From: Candidatus Omnitrophota bacterium
GTDB taxonomy: Bacteria > Omnitrophota > Omnitrophia > Omnitrophales > Aquincolibacteriaceae
Direction of reading: 5' to 3'
NCBI GenBank assembly: GCA_043732705.1
Contig: JAYTHE010000043.1
Location: forward strand, 9,067-73,066
DNA: 64,000 nucleotides
The notes under the pieces are model-generated. The model searched no databases. It was not told where the DNA came from and saw only the letters and a list, made by a program, of their open reading frames with translations. Positions 11,901 through 19,543 of the stretch are shown one piece after another. The first letter of the stretch is position 1; each line of letters begins with the position of its first letter. Position numbers and translations under genes: made by a program.

Positions 11901-14900
11901 CTTTCGCCCGCTCCGAAATGCGGAAGGAAATGTATGGTCTTTCGCGTGAAGAAATTTCCCGCATTTTGGCTTCGCATAACCCGGCTGGAATTAAAAAAGT
12001 TGTGGATGACATGGAAATGGCGGTTCGTCAGCTCTCAGCTTTGGGTGCGCACCCGGCTGCGCGCGCATGGATAAAATATTTGCGCATGATGCGTGAAGGT
12101 AAAATCAATGCGGGCCATATTTTTATGCTAAAGCAGTCAGAATTATCGGAAAATGCTTTCCGACCGTTTGCGTCGAATTTCTGGAAAATAAAACTGCTGG
12201 ACGCTTTTTTTAATCAGCATCCGATTTTCTTTCCCCCTTTTCTTGGTGGAGCACAGCGCTTAATTGGGATTGCTGACTTTTGGCCCGGCCTTTTGCCAGC
12301 AGAAATGGGCGTGGAAGCGGCCAAAGAATTAAATGGCTTTATAGTTTGGTATTTATTTGAGCTTCATGACGGCCAGGCAATTCAATGGCCGGTCAATTTC
12401 CCTCTGCGGGAAATAATTCTGCAGTCTTATCTCCGGTTTTTGTCGGGGCTTTCGGGAGAAGTTATGCAAAACTTTACTCAAGAGCTGAACGAAGCTGAAT
12501 TCAGAGCGATCGTGACGCAAGCTTTGGGCGGTCTTATTGCCAGTCTCCAAGACATTGCCAAAGCGATAAAAACTGATTTGGACGAAAAGCAAAAACTGAC
12601 CGATTTGGATCGCGGAAAATTTGTGGAGTTGCTTGAAAGCGGCCACTATGGAAGCGCGCTTGCCCTGCTCCGCCAAAACGAGGCCCTTTGGAAATATTAT
12701 TTTAAATGGATGCGGCGGCTTGATTACGGCTATATGAATGCCCTGCGGTTGATGCAGCAGCTTTTGCGGGCAGGATGGGGCGAAGAGGAATATGTCCGCG
12801 AAACTGAAAGTTATTTGCATAAGTTTATTCATCTGATTGAGCCGCGCTTGATTCGCAGAATGCTGGCGCGCAATATTCTTTTTCAATTCGCGTTGTATCA
12901 ATCCATTCGCTTTAAGCTGTGGTTTGATGATGGTGTGGGCGGATATGGGGAGATTTATAATGACAACTTGCAGTTTCAATATAATTTCCTGCACTCGAGA
13001 GAAAAGACGATTCAAAAAATTATGACCCGCAAGGCTCTTAAAGAGCTGGAAGACATTGCCGCGCGTACTGCGAAGGGCCGCTATCTTCGGCTTGTTCAAG
13101 AGCTTATCCGAGCGAGATTTCTACAGCGCTCTGAAATGCGGGAACCGTTAAAAGCGTGGGTTGAGCAAGCGCTGGATGAACGGGCCGTTGTCGACCCCTC
13201 GAAAAGAGCGGAACTTTTGCGTATCTTTTCGATTATGGCCGCTGATTATGAAGAGGCAGTGCTTGATAAAAAATTTGGAATGGCACCAACAACAGTCGAA
13301 AGTTATTTACATGCTTTTGTGAAAGAAGCGCTCGGAAACCTTGATGCGGATGCGAAATGGATTGAAAAGCTTGCGCAGGGCGCACGGCTCATTTTAAAAA
13401 AGAAACTTTATCCGCATGGCTTTGTCGCCTATCCGCTGCCGGCAATTTTATCAGCTTTGCGGGAACTTAAAAAGCAGCCCGCGGAAGCGGATGCGTGGTT
13501 TCAAGCGGTTGATGAGACCCTGGCAATAAATCCAAGAATTAATCCGCAGGAAATTTTAGATGCCGCGATTGCCGCGGCAGGCGATATGGCTATATTCAAA
13601 CGCGAACTGCAAATGGTTCGTTCCGAAGCGCGAGAAATCAAATTAATTTTGCAGGGCTTCCGGCAAAACACGGAAGTTAGGGTGCTGTTCAAGCCGGAAG
13701 ATTCGGGCGATGTAAAAGCGATTCTGATCAAAGCAGGATTTGGACGTGAAAAGAAAGGCGCGCTGCGCTTGGCCGATATCGGCGAAGTTTTATTAGACGG
13801 GATTAATTTAGGAAAATTTTGGGACACAGCAGGAATTTTAAGAAACTCACAAAATATTATTGTGCGCCACAAAGATTACGAAGAGCCCCAGAAGTCCAAA
13901 CCTGTTTCAAGCGAATCTCCAAAAACAATTTTGGCGGCGGTAAAAACAGAGCAAAAAGGCCTGAGAATTTTTGCGAAGCCTTCATCGCGTCGACCAGAAA
14001 AAATAACATTTTCCTTGAAGCTTCCGCTGGATGATTTGATGACGCAGCGTTTGGAAAATTATGCCGAATGGTTCGCAACGCCAGAAGCGGAGCGTGCCGA
14101 GAAACCGCGCAACCAATTAAAATTCATTTCACTGGTAAAAGAAATAAAAACCGAGACTATTCGGATTGACGAACTTGCCACCGCTGCGGCAGAGGAAGAA
14201 AAGGGGCTGGAGGATGAACCGGGCAAGGAAACCAGCTATGTTGGATCAAATGCCAATGTTAGTGCGAAGGAAAAAGCGAAGCCCGTTGTTAAAGAATACC
14301 GGACTTTTGAAATTACATGGAATGCTCGCGAGGCAGGGGATGTTGATACCTTAAAAGGCATTCTCTATCAATTGGGTTATCAAAGCTCAATAATTCGGCT
14401 TCGATACCATTTGAATTTCGAAGTAAAGCCTGTCGCGGACACATTTGATCCGATCAATAACGGTGATGTCTTAACGGCTGTTTTGAATTCTGCCCGCAAC
14501 CGCGATGATGATCGTGAAGGTGATTTGGCTTTGGAGTCTTACACGCAGGAAATGCTTGCGAAACTAAAAATCAAAACCCCTGAAGAGCTGGCCGCTTTAC
14601 GCGCCGAGCGTGAAGAGGAGCTGATAGGCAAAATCGGCCTTAAGAGCGCTGAGATGGAAGCTTTTATTTCAGGAGATTTTCAGCCAGATAATCGGAATGC
14701 GAGTCTTTTGCACGAAGTTTGGAAAAAATATTTAGATGAGGGCATGCGCACCGCAATAATTACTTATTTTGGCTTGCAAGGAAATATCCCGGCGACCAAC
14801 AAAATTCATTTGGCCGCAGAGCTTAAAATGACAGCAACCGAATCCATCGGCAAACTAAGTATGGCAGCAGCTTATTTAAAAAATGCTTACCAGGATGGCA

Positions 14901-17900
14901 AATTGCCAAAAGCAAAGCCTGTCCCCAAAATAGTTGCGGTGAATCGGGAAGATGAAAAAAGCATTGTGCCACCGGAAAGTCCGATAACCACAAAAGAAGC
15001 GAAAGATATCAAGCCCGCGCCTGAAGTTCTTGCTCCGGCCGACCAAGTTTCTGTGTCGGAAGCCCTGACAGCTGTGCTAGAAACTAAACCTGCAGCCGAA
15101 GTCCCTGCGTCGGCGGGGGAGCAGGCAGAAGCATCAACGCGAGAACGGGAACCACGGCCCTATCTAACAATGTTTAAAACCGTTTGTCAAAAATTTCAGT
15201 TTCAAGCTTTTTCAAGACAGGAACTCTATGCAGAATTTTCCAATAAATCTAAATCTGTTATTGATGGGAGGCTTCAATCTTTTCTGACAGCGGGGTTAAT
15301 TGAAAAAGTTGAGCAAGTCAAAACTAAGCCCAGGATTTCGAGCTCAGAGAAAGCGTATAAACTAAAAGAATTTAGGGCGGATCAAACGGAGGCGCTTGAA
15401 TTCGCATTGGAAAGTTGGACTGATAAATATGACGAAAAGCTCGCTAAGTCGCTTATTGCGCGAGTGTTTTCTATTCAAAAAAAAGAACACGAAATTCTGC
15501 GCCCCGGAAAACCCAAGGAGGGAGATTTTTCACACACCGAAGGCTTTGTCGCTTTCGTTGAGTGGCTGTGGGAAGAATGGAAGCCATGGATTTCTTTGAA
15601 GCAGCCGGTTAAATTTGCGGCTCTAGGAGCGCGACTCATTAACAGCTCCAAATGGTTGCTTCCGCATCTTATGCAAAGGCTCGAAGCAAGCGGCTTGGCC
15701 GCCATAGTTTCATCTGCGGCGATTGGAATACACAATTGGATCACCATAACAAATTTTTCAGGCTGGAAGAAGGACCGTGTGAAGACAGCTCTTGAAGGAT
15801 ATCGCAAGCATCGCGATTTTCGGCGGCTGGCGGTAGAAATCAAAAATATTTTGATACAGGAAGAGCAGCCGTCCGTTGTGTCGCCACAAATGATTTTACC
15901 CGGATTCAAAGAAGTGTTTTCTCCCGCGCTCAGCGGACAGAAAAGCAAGCAGATGTCATTGCGAAAAGTAATGGAAGCGGCCGAAGTTGTTCGCCAAGAA
16001 AACGGGGATGGTTTTCTTGTAAGCACAAAAACCGTTGCAAAGCAATTGGGCGTTGCGCAAGGAGTGCTTGTCCGATTTGCAAACGATAATTCAATTCGAC
16101 TCAGCCGATTGCATATTTACACAAGGGAACCTGGCCTGAGGGGGCAACGCGAAAAAGTCCTACAAGAAATAAAGGCCGCGGCCGACCGCTTACGGGCGGA
16201 AAACCCACAGCATCAATATATGCCCTTTGCCGAAGAGGATTTAATTTTAGAAATGGGACGTTTTAAATCTATGAGTGGATTTGCATTCGAAATGAATTTT
16301 CTTAAAATTAAAGATCTCGCTTCTTATGGGGTTTTTAAAGCAAACACAAATTCGAATGACCTTCGGGAATGGTTAGATCGATATGCTGAGGTTTTGTTTG
16401 GCAAAAAAATATCAGCTGAGGCCATAAACGAAATTATGACTGTTTGGACTCCTCACAAAAATCACATAGGACAGAGCTGGAAAAAACGAATATCCCCCGA
16501 AACCGAAAAATATCTGGCGGCGCAGCAAAAATGGATACAGGAGAAACTGAAGCGCCGTGATAAGCAGCGCGCTGAATATATTCGCAGTTTAATAGATGAA
16601 GCGGTAAATGAGTATCATCTGGCGCAAAGCCAGCCTGGTTCTCCTCGTTTGAGGAAAGCAAAGTTTCGGCTTCTTGCTCTCGATCCTTTTCATCCCGCGT
16701 TGAGGGGAAAGAAAATTTCGGAAGTGGCGCCCAAAGCACCCAAGCGAGCAGATATGGGAAATAAAACGAAAAAGACAGCACCTATATTCAAACCTAATCC
16801 GATTTATGAAACGCAAGCGAAGCTGGGCGTGATCATTACGAGTCCAGCCGACATCGATTGGGAAAATCCAACGGAAGCATTACCGATTTTCAAGGAAGAC
16901 GAAGAGCTGGCTACGACAACGGAACGCGGGTATTTAAATTTAACTAAAATTCTTCCCGGTGCTTCGCTTGTGATCACCAACTTAGGGATTAAAGGAAAGC
17001 ACAAAGTATTTATTAAAAGCGGCGGCGCTGAAAACAAAAAATACAAGTTGGTGCTCCGCATTGAAGGTGTGAACGAAGAAAAAGCATTCTGGATTGGACG
17101 CTACCGGGGAAAGAGTTTGTTTGGTGTCGCTCTCGGTAAAAATCTGGACAAAGAAACTTTTGAGCTTTTAACTTTGGAAGAATGGAATGCGCGTTTTTTT
17201 GCTGAGCTTTTAACAAAGCCCGACGAGCTTTCATGGAGCCAAGCCATCGAGCCAAGCGGAAAATTTGAGGGTGTTGATCTTGGAGCGCTTAATAATTCCG
17301 GATACGGCAAAGTTTGGCTGGAGAAAAGTGTTGAGGCCGAAATTAAAATTGGCGGCAGACGGGGATATTCAGGCTATACTCCAAGACTTGTTTCGATTAC
17401 CGAACAAGACCAGCTATTAAAACTAGGAATTTTACTTACCAGCCCCGACAAAACAAAATCCGAAACCGTAGATCTGTATTTATCAGATTTGAAAGCAACG
17501 GCCCAGGGCAGTGGTTTAAAGGCGGCCACGACTGTTACCTATCGGAAACCTTCCGCGCGAGAAGAAGCTGTCGTTAATGAAATAAAGTCTGGTGAAACAA
17601 AAACCAAGCCACGCTCCGAAATGCGAGAAATCCAAAAAAATAATCCAGCGATTATGATTTGGCCAATGCAAAAAGTCGGAACAGTTTTAATTTCACGCGC
17701 CGAATTGCGGAATCTTCCCGAAGAAAATTTTCTGGCGCTTTATAAAACCGCCTACACACGTTCCGAGCTGCGTTTTTTAGTTTATGGCGAGGATTCATTA
17801 ACTGACTCCGAAGACCCCCGCGCTCAGATGCTCACCACGATTCCCAACGGGAGGGTACGCGTCAACTTTATCGGTGGTAACGAACCCAAAGCTTTGATGC

Positions 17901-18148
17901 GGGTTCCGGTTTCTGAACGAGCGGTGATCATAACGGGAAGAAGCGAGGCTCGCTTTTTAACTCTGCGCAAAGGAGTTTCGCGAGTAGCGGCTCAAGGCCA
18001 AGCCGCAATGTTGGCCTTAGGGCTTTTGTGGACAGTGAGCGATACTCCACTTAGTCAGAAGAATGGTTTTTTAAGCGATCCTTCCGGGCGTTTTACTGAA
18101 ATGACTCGAGCCTTTTTGTCCCAGCTTGTTTTTGCCTCAGCCGCTTAA
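2963..18148 (+). CDS. Giant 5061-aa exported multi-module protein punctuated by RSExR motifs
   Basis: Uninterrupted 15.2 kb ORF from GTG; Sec-like signal peptide (VAALLIVCLLVQDAAFA); recognisable kinase and GH13-like domains inside. Confidence 0.93.
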   Translation: MKNKLLLHKYVAALLIVCLLVQDAAFAHGGPRTTSHEPRKKTWSVERGANLFNISSQLGSIEESFEGTNGKKIIFIQDAHDSLEAQENITRLVTRFVKQGVQTVFEEGYAGPVPTDAYFGDIKDSKIKHKVSFYYLDHLKLGGAEYAHINRRSRLAGDPRPEAREHKAANADWQLIGADDLPAYLENVRAFADSEKTREEIEENLRAIFRELANIAKAKFSRSAQSWIRDRLRYENNRLTVSDYIQRTLAPFDLNDQRKWPLLFAVQATSAQKENAEALLRGANPREILNELAAAETKLEARYFQSAEEIQLWHFLRAARRLAKLSELRLNPSDLNQLKTEMSALDTEKLAAWIAKEKSSPVVLSKKWESQIKSALRFYELAAIREQAVEKTLLDWRRETGDKRPTSEMGAGSVPSEARGLTPMVSSHDQNGTAVLVFGGFHKEGITGMLRKYGFSYCVITPKISEPSLKHQKLYREAMLSKGLRPSAAGLAAHAARAPDLFLTIPLSAARTEIRGLAEFATRSEIRALSLPEFSFQAEKRLEEIKRSEARASEKMEDWIHSIENELRKPKPDSAALEKIEAAAHAWVLQLKGLDGADELLSDEYFGADYRKVSTEERQWMRVFLAAAVVILAMDDPDLKQLRKLDDLIGQFNQKYNQSNWGWALVLFMKLALNRFVVEGPKLRTLLKLYGRGTRLPGEYKYKMAAFTLLLLGMHLGHDADPTDGPDLNPSSSLGLAVETLKHPEVLNEIPEPMREGILEALRVGLTHYVVSSWFWWKIGAPKLKKQLIQNRDLIRSVLAEMKSRSAQPAAIFVFGRKRWMNRRFFESDLRKQRPVAAWDEILLHPFKAENWSPFLLFVQARTSFGLPAPNETKQHATDAAYARIMDQLESLSDEPEQRSEARAREKQPSIFSIFHPWHAWYSLAWTVATGKWMFYLDGLRKELAKNKYAAPDWLGWVPDIAITAFALNFLVFFLTGLFVTKGTELRNDHQEKVALCFVFGAFMFVVLGEFLIPPPLNYFDWKDIGAYSIGLAMAITVRDIGLARLAKKIFFKETKSTRSEMREEKNDPLRAGEVLQKIFREGTWQPQELGMLFPDLDDSEKFRLPAFIFEAQLFIKTQNANLWEYLSRLLVVYVGPAGPWLYLYDAATLSVDLFIMSGVFLVLAWRSFSQIASLAQTRILFLKAFKSAHDAIIKERQVTADLTDTGDSSGRSEFRMPQEQGLANLTLAINVMDLGAEIQPDGKIIYKNSFEKLKQLLPVLQGMGIRKIYLYGLAEVSEISKKIHTVPDEGLHFISGGKATVMVETYTVRREEAGENEKIKLDDAHGNIFSIADLRKINPQYASSPSRAEKEFKSLTRLAHSLDIKITADFISWLAPDAINEKNYRQTFYYELSEVKNQEFRDQPDEAKKQAWINQELGRKEDGKLVHGSFFALRITENGAERVIMVKHLTPWGANADQVIPNPFHPDLKTYYKNALERLIDRGVDEVRVDIGHMLLKQNMRGYFEELRSKGMNLEDWLKANSFGLRKNEKFESWFDRQGDMWHEVVDHAKTYAIGHGKRIRFTMETYSPGEKQTLFAQGVNASYNKSILDTYGEIAKGDLRAYKFDDPVKHVFHDRPWALSFLTNFDQLSLAKFGGPSQAGFMLLVALSHLGVPSMIDLRDLMLHHGQIAKIVGGTWDANDSHHHAFAGESDFKMYGGTEALISEVGNAALGKVLKDFQNIHPGKKERYFDILNNEKRERYFSLGWLNEDGDWVIVLLDFWAHDDRLGEKKEFVKVGMPPSTPETHFKYQDYDAVDSEGRSLAWGRWLGEGGDPEVVSVHFDEAEKMAPYKIIKLKRKKEAPHLPAPAAVELTRETMLRHPFPEARLRELEKILSESAYADLREDAIFFALMDEDFFVRAYAANILADKVTNYKYESQPEAWIKHFINPLMSLDALNEKRIPGLLHFDPRRAARNKRNALLYAFARLREKNGSDRPVYRRTVTALFQNTLETQAREWQSENESKVTKILAEEGLKMGVGTAEPLNLAELLRLIYLRHLQKLKVLEKNEKDKFHWVTTALQKMVPPKSAAGKVIFSPARSEMRTLREQILENDFLREKFTDEQLVLSKPLSDHKNHGQIYPGRKQADGSQLFIKINPHAPGDDQYDSANKHLLREAKTLVELNQKGVAGIPKLIQIGITAGGQIWLRMAGIPDAQMFITDAWDSLDIEDQLELLAQMADIIASVHVQGFLHMDLKPKNFLFARGSTGKPQAMLIDFGSAAKLGEYIRHHGSELFAPPEINEFTPAKTPFDVFSFGRTLESVFGIFAKQHLTEYFKKNATEKNFSYLEKYGLGLLIEGMVLKEPSKRLPKTFFEVALILRDIRGRLLNEKPLPFWFRKKIEIDQWLKGKGYRDFDRVIAYPFAISRSEMRTQNKKDEAVRRSAILRAFKEGKMDGRQWPSEARLILDLFLRGRFSGRVAKEILEKFSTRTPRPEGLTTLLLSAQVALEKNLDAKWIPVLVAINHFPRSGKDVRARIKEYEKNIYPKAAPKKLKEAAETVYDRSRAPESIAEKGLIAGLSHSTEGLHAVLAFDETMRQLSGEPRPAMVDVLLGLDQLKSRRGGLSEEVKFLSGWLLLPKNEMRQRLVLWKTAEMMEVTGLEYLLIDDFLRRGAKSQQIKAYVYLFQAVTPAADESQAHAYRAWITGVLHEVSTVYHDRFAKHFKFRETTAATWPEAARKKMQRAAAYLWNEIESLPPLPPNGEYRQQIEDLKQLLILAANLGASSYVWRMIDALSPWKHFSVLSAFAYMFDDDGLLDKATARKAVHDFFDGYGKRRAEQADAFLDRVKKLDVLQGGSVKSIANYFKKNDSPLLDEGETRRWLELIKLLYEGEGSLSKQKTPARWKAKATKFTHEVTQKFKIDMAPYYSGLSGVIKYTIYEDGERLALTIKIKLPNHPGRPLVLLMAANTEVMFNEWSLLAALYLDLQNNRRPDAFDGDDGDSFARSEMRKEMYGLSREEISRILASHNPAGIKKVVDDMEMAVRQLSALGAHPAARAWIKYLRMMREGKINAGHIFMLKQSELSENAFRPFASNFWKIKLLDAFFNQHPIFFPPFLGGAQRLIGIADFWPGLLPAEMGVEAAKELNGFIVWYLFELHDGQAIQWPVNFPLREIILQSYLRFLSGLSGEVMQNFTQELNEAEFRAIVTQALGGLIASLQDIAKAIKTDLDEKQKLTDLDRGKFVELLESGHYGSALALLRQNEALWKYYFKWMRRLDYGYMNALRLMQQLLRAGWGEEEYVRETESYLHKFIHLIEPRLIRRMLARNILFQFALYQSIRFKLWFDDGVGGYGEIYNDNLQFQYNFLHSREKTIQKIMTRKALKELEDIAARTAKGRYLRLVQELIRARFLQRSEMREPLKAWVEQALDERAVVDPSKRAELLRIFSIMAADYEEAVLDKKFGMAPTTVESYLHAFVKEALGNLDADAKWIEKLAQGARLILKKKLYPHGFVAYPLPAILSALRELKKQPAEADAWFQAVDETLAINPRINPQEILDAAIAAAGDMAIFKRELQMVRSEAREIKLILQGFRQNTEVRVLFKPEDSGDVKAILIKAGFGREKKGALRLADIGEVLLDGINLGKFWDTAGILRNSQNIIVRHKDYEEPQKSKPVSSESPKTILAAVKTEQKGLRIFAKPSSRRPEKITFSLKLPLDDLMTQRLENYAEWFATPEAERAEKPRNQLKFISLVKEIKTETIRIDELATAAAEEEKGLEDEPGKETSYVGSNANVSAKEKAKPVVKEYRTFEITWNAREAGDVDTLKGILYQLGYQSSIIRLRYHLNFEVKPVADTFDPINNGDVLTAVLNSARNRDDDREGDLALESYTQEMLAKLKIKTPEELAALRAEREEELIGKIGLKSAEMEAFISGDFQPDNRNASLLHEVWKKYLDEGMRTAIITYFGLQGNIPATNKIHLAAELKMTATESIGKLSMAAAYLKNAYQDGKLPKAKPVPKIVAVNREDEKSIVPPESPITTKEAKDIKPAPEVLAPADQVSVSEALTAVLETKPAAEVPASAGEQAEASTREREPRPYLTMFKTVCQKFQFQAFSRQELYAEFSNKSKSVIDGRLQSFLTAGLIEKVEQVKTKPRISSSEKAYKLKEFRADQTEALEFALESWTDKYDEKLAKSLIARVFSIQKKEHEILRPGKPKEGDFSHTEGFVAFVEWLWEEWKPWISLKQPVKFAALGARLINSSKWLLPHLMQRLEASGLAAIVSSAAIGIHNWITITNFSGWKKDRVKTALEGYRKHRDFRRLAVEIKNILIQEEQPSVVSPQMILPGFKEVFSPALSGQKSKQMSLRKVMEAAEVVRQENGDGFLVSTKTVAKQLGVAQGVLVRFANDNSIRLSRLHIYTREPGLRGQREKVLQEIKAAADRLRAENPQHQYMPFAEEDLILEMGRFKSMSGFAFEMNFLKIKDLASYGVFKANTNSNDLREWLDRYAEVLFGKKISAEAINEIMTVWTPHKNHIGQSWKKRISPETEKYLAAQQKWIQEKLKRRDKQRAEYIRSLIDEAVNEYHLAQSQPGSPRLRKAKFRLLALDPFHPALRGKKISEVAPKAPKRADMGNKTKKTAPIFKPNPIYETQAKLGVIITSPADIDWENPTEALPIFKEDEELATTTERGYLNLTKILPGASLVITNLGIKGKHKVFIKSGGAENKKYKLVLRIEGVNEEKAFWIGRYRGKSLFGVALGKNLDKETFELLTLEEWNARFFAELLTKPDELSWSQAIEPSGKFEGVDLGALNNSGYGKVWLEKSVEAEIKIGGRRGYSGYTPRLVSITEQDQLLKLGILLTSPDKTKSETVDLYLSDLKATAQGSGLKAATTVTYRKPSAREEAVVNEIKSGETKTKPRSEMREIQKNNPAIMIWPMQKVGTVLISRAELRNLPEENFLALYKTAYTRSELRFLVYGEDSLTDSEDPRAQMLTTIPNGRVRVNFIGGNEPKALMRVPVSERAVIITGRSEARFLTLRKGVSRVAAQGQAAMLALGLLWTVSDTPLSQKNGFLSDPSGRFTEMTRAFLSQLVFASAA
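3170..4400 (+). other. N-terminal domain of the giant protein with a ChaN/EreA/TraB(TIKI)-like motif order
   Basis: IIFIQDAH ... VFEEG ... AAIRE ... AVLVFGGFH matches the H / E / R / GxxH arrangement, by eye only. Confidence 0.45.
6611..8480 (+). other. GH13 alpha-amylase-like domain within the giant protein
   Basis: LQGMGIRKIYL; FKSLTRLAHSLDIKITADF; GVDEVRVDIGH (nucleophile D); FTMETY (acid/base E); FLTNFD (third D). Confidence 0.75.
9212..10174 (+). other. Hanks-type Ser/Thr protein kinase domain within the giant protein
   Basis: FIK lysine, LLREA, HMDLKPKN, LIDFG, APPE and DVFSFG motifs in canonical order. Confidence 0.9.
14730..14890 (+). other. Sigma70 region-4-like helix-turn-helix within the giant protein
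   Basis: LDEGMRTAIITYFGLQG...LAAELKMT...AAAYLK resembles the region-4 consensus. Confidence 0.5.
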
Positions 18149-18163
18149 TGGTGCGTAGGGTAT

Positions 18164-18202
18164 TTACTACCCTCCTAGCTCCCGGTGCTAGGAGGGTAGT
18201 AA
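18164..18202. terminator. Perfect 16-bp stem hairpin just after the giant gene (terminator or REP-like)
   Basis: TTACTACCCTCCTAGC-tcccggt-GCTAGGAGGGTAGTAA; no U-tract on the + strand. Confidence 0.55.
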
Positions 18203-18326
18203 GAAAGGCTTGTTTAGTCGCACTGTCTGCTTGTTCCTTACGCTGACACCTTATATAATGCGCGCTCTTCTATAGATCATTTCTCGGGTCTCGGGCCTCC
18301 GGCCCTGGGCCTTGCCGGAGGCAAAA

Positions 18327-19424
18327 ATGGGTTTTAAATGCGGAATTGTAGGGCTGCCGAATGTGGGCAAGTCCACGATTTTCAATGCGATTAATAAAGA
18401 GTCACGTGCACAGGCGGCAAATTATCCGTTTTGCACGATTGAACCGAACAAGGGCATTGTTCCTGTTCCCGATCATCGCCTTGAAACTCTTACCAAGCTG
18501 ATCAAGCCGCAATCCAAAGTTCCGACCACGGTTGAATTTTATGATATCGCGGGCCTTGTGAAAGGCGCGGCCGAAGGCGAAGGCCTGGGCAATAAATTCT
18601 TAACGCATATCCGTGAAGTCGAAGCCATCATGCATGTGGTGCGCTGTTTTGAAGACCCGAATATTTTGCATGTTTCGGGCAGCGTGAATCCCGCGCGCGA
18701 CATTGAAGTGATCGATACCGAACTTTGTTTAAAAGATCTCGAAACCATCGGCACGCGTTTTACAAAAAATGACAAGCTTGCGCGCTCAGGTGACAAAGAA
18801 GCGCTTGCGGTTCAGCCGACCTTAGAAAAAATTAAAAAAGCGCTCGAAGCCGGAACACCGCTTCGCAAACTTGAGCTTACCGCCGAAGAACAGCTCGCCG
18901 TCAAAGAATGCAGCTTTCTAACTTTAAAGCCCATTTTTTATTGCGCGAATGTGGCCGAGAGTGATTTGCCAAAGGGCGGGCCGCTTGTTGAAGAGGTTCG
19001 CAAAATTGCCGCGGCCGAAGGCGCGAAGGTCGTTGTGATTTCCGGAAAAGTAGAATCCGAAATTATTGAATTGTCCGAAGCCGAACAAAAAGATTTTTTG
19101 GAAAGCTTGGGATTGGAAGAACCCGGCATGCATAAGCTCATCCGCTGCGGATATGAAACCTTGAACTTAATCACTTATCTTACGGCCGGCGAAAAAGAAG
19201 TTCGCGCGTGGACCATTATCAGAGGCATGACCGCGCCCCAAGCGGCCGGCGTAATTCACAGTGATTTTGAACGTGGATTTATACGCGCTGAAGTCATGAG
19301 CTATGAAGACTTGGTTGCCTGCGGCTCGGAAAAAGCCGTCAAAGAGAAAGGTCTTTTGCGCGTCGAAGGTAAGGAATATATAGTGAAAGACGGCGACGTG
19401 ATGTTGTTTCGGTTCAGTGTTTAG
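18327..19424 (+). CDS. ychF: Redox-regulated ATPase YchF
   Basis: [53 protein letters not shown]. Confidence 0.97.
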   Translation: MGFKCGIVGLPNVGKSTIFNAINKESRAQAANYPFCTIEPNKGIVPVPDHRLETLTKLIKPQSKVPTTVEFYDIAGLVKGAAEGEGLGNKFLTHIREVEAIMHVVRCFEDPNILHVSGSVNPARDIEVIDTELCLKDLETIGTRFTKNDKLARSGDKEALAVQPTLEKIKKALEAGTPLRKLELTAEEQLAVKECSFLTLKPIFYCANVAESDLPKGGPLVEEVRKIAAAEGAKVVVISGKVESEIIELSEAEQKDFLESLGLEEPGMHKLIRCGYETLNLITYLTAGEKEVRAWTIIRGMTAPQAAGVIHSDFERGFIRAEVMSYEDLVACGSEKAVKEKGLLRVEGKEYIVKDGDVMLFRFSV

Positions 19425-19439
19425 GTTATATTTCCACCC

Positions 19440-19533
19440 AGTCTCGTCCGATTTGTTTTTGAGACGAGACACAGCGCTGAGTGTTTTTTTCAAACGGCAT
19501 AATCGCCGTTTGAAGTTAGCCGGAAGCGCTAGT
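19440..19533 (+). repeat. ~90-nt two-hairpin element (family S, copy 1)
   Basis: AGTCTCGTCC..GAGACGAGACACAGCGCTGAGT..GAAGCGCTAGT; second copy at 50774-50857. Confidence 0.8.
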
Positions 19534-19538
19534 ATAAT
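19510..19538 (+). promoter_or_regulatory. Sigma70-like promoter for cysE (probably leaderless mRNA)
   Basis: TTGAAG-17 nt-TATAAT, with the ATG 5 nt downstream. Confidence 0.55.
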
Positions 19539-19543
19539 CCCGC

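Noticed and set aside
2991-17310. Many 60-250 aa alternative-frame and antisense ORFs inside the giant gene
   Set aside because: Shadow ORFs with no recognisable motifs; the long frame carries real domains
4493-17953. CRISPR array or classical tandem-repeat protein as the explanation for the recurring CGCTCCGAA
   Set aside because: Copies are about 15 nt, in-frame, irregularly spaced up to kilobases apart and vary synonymously; no cas genes present
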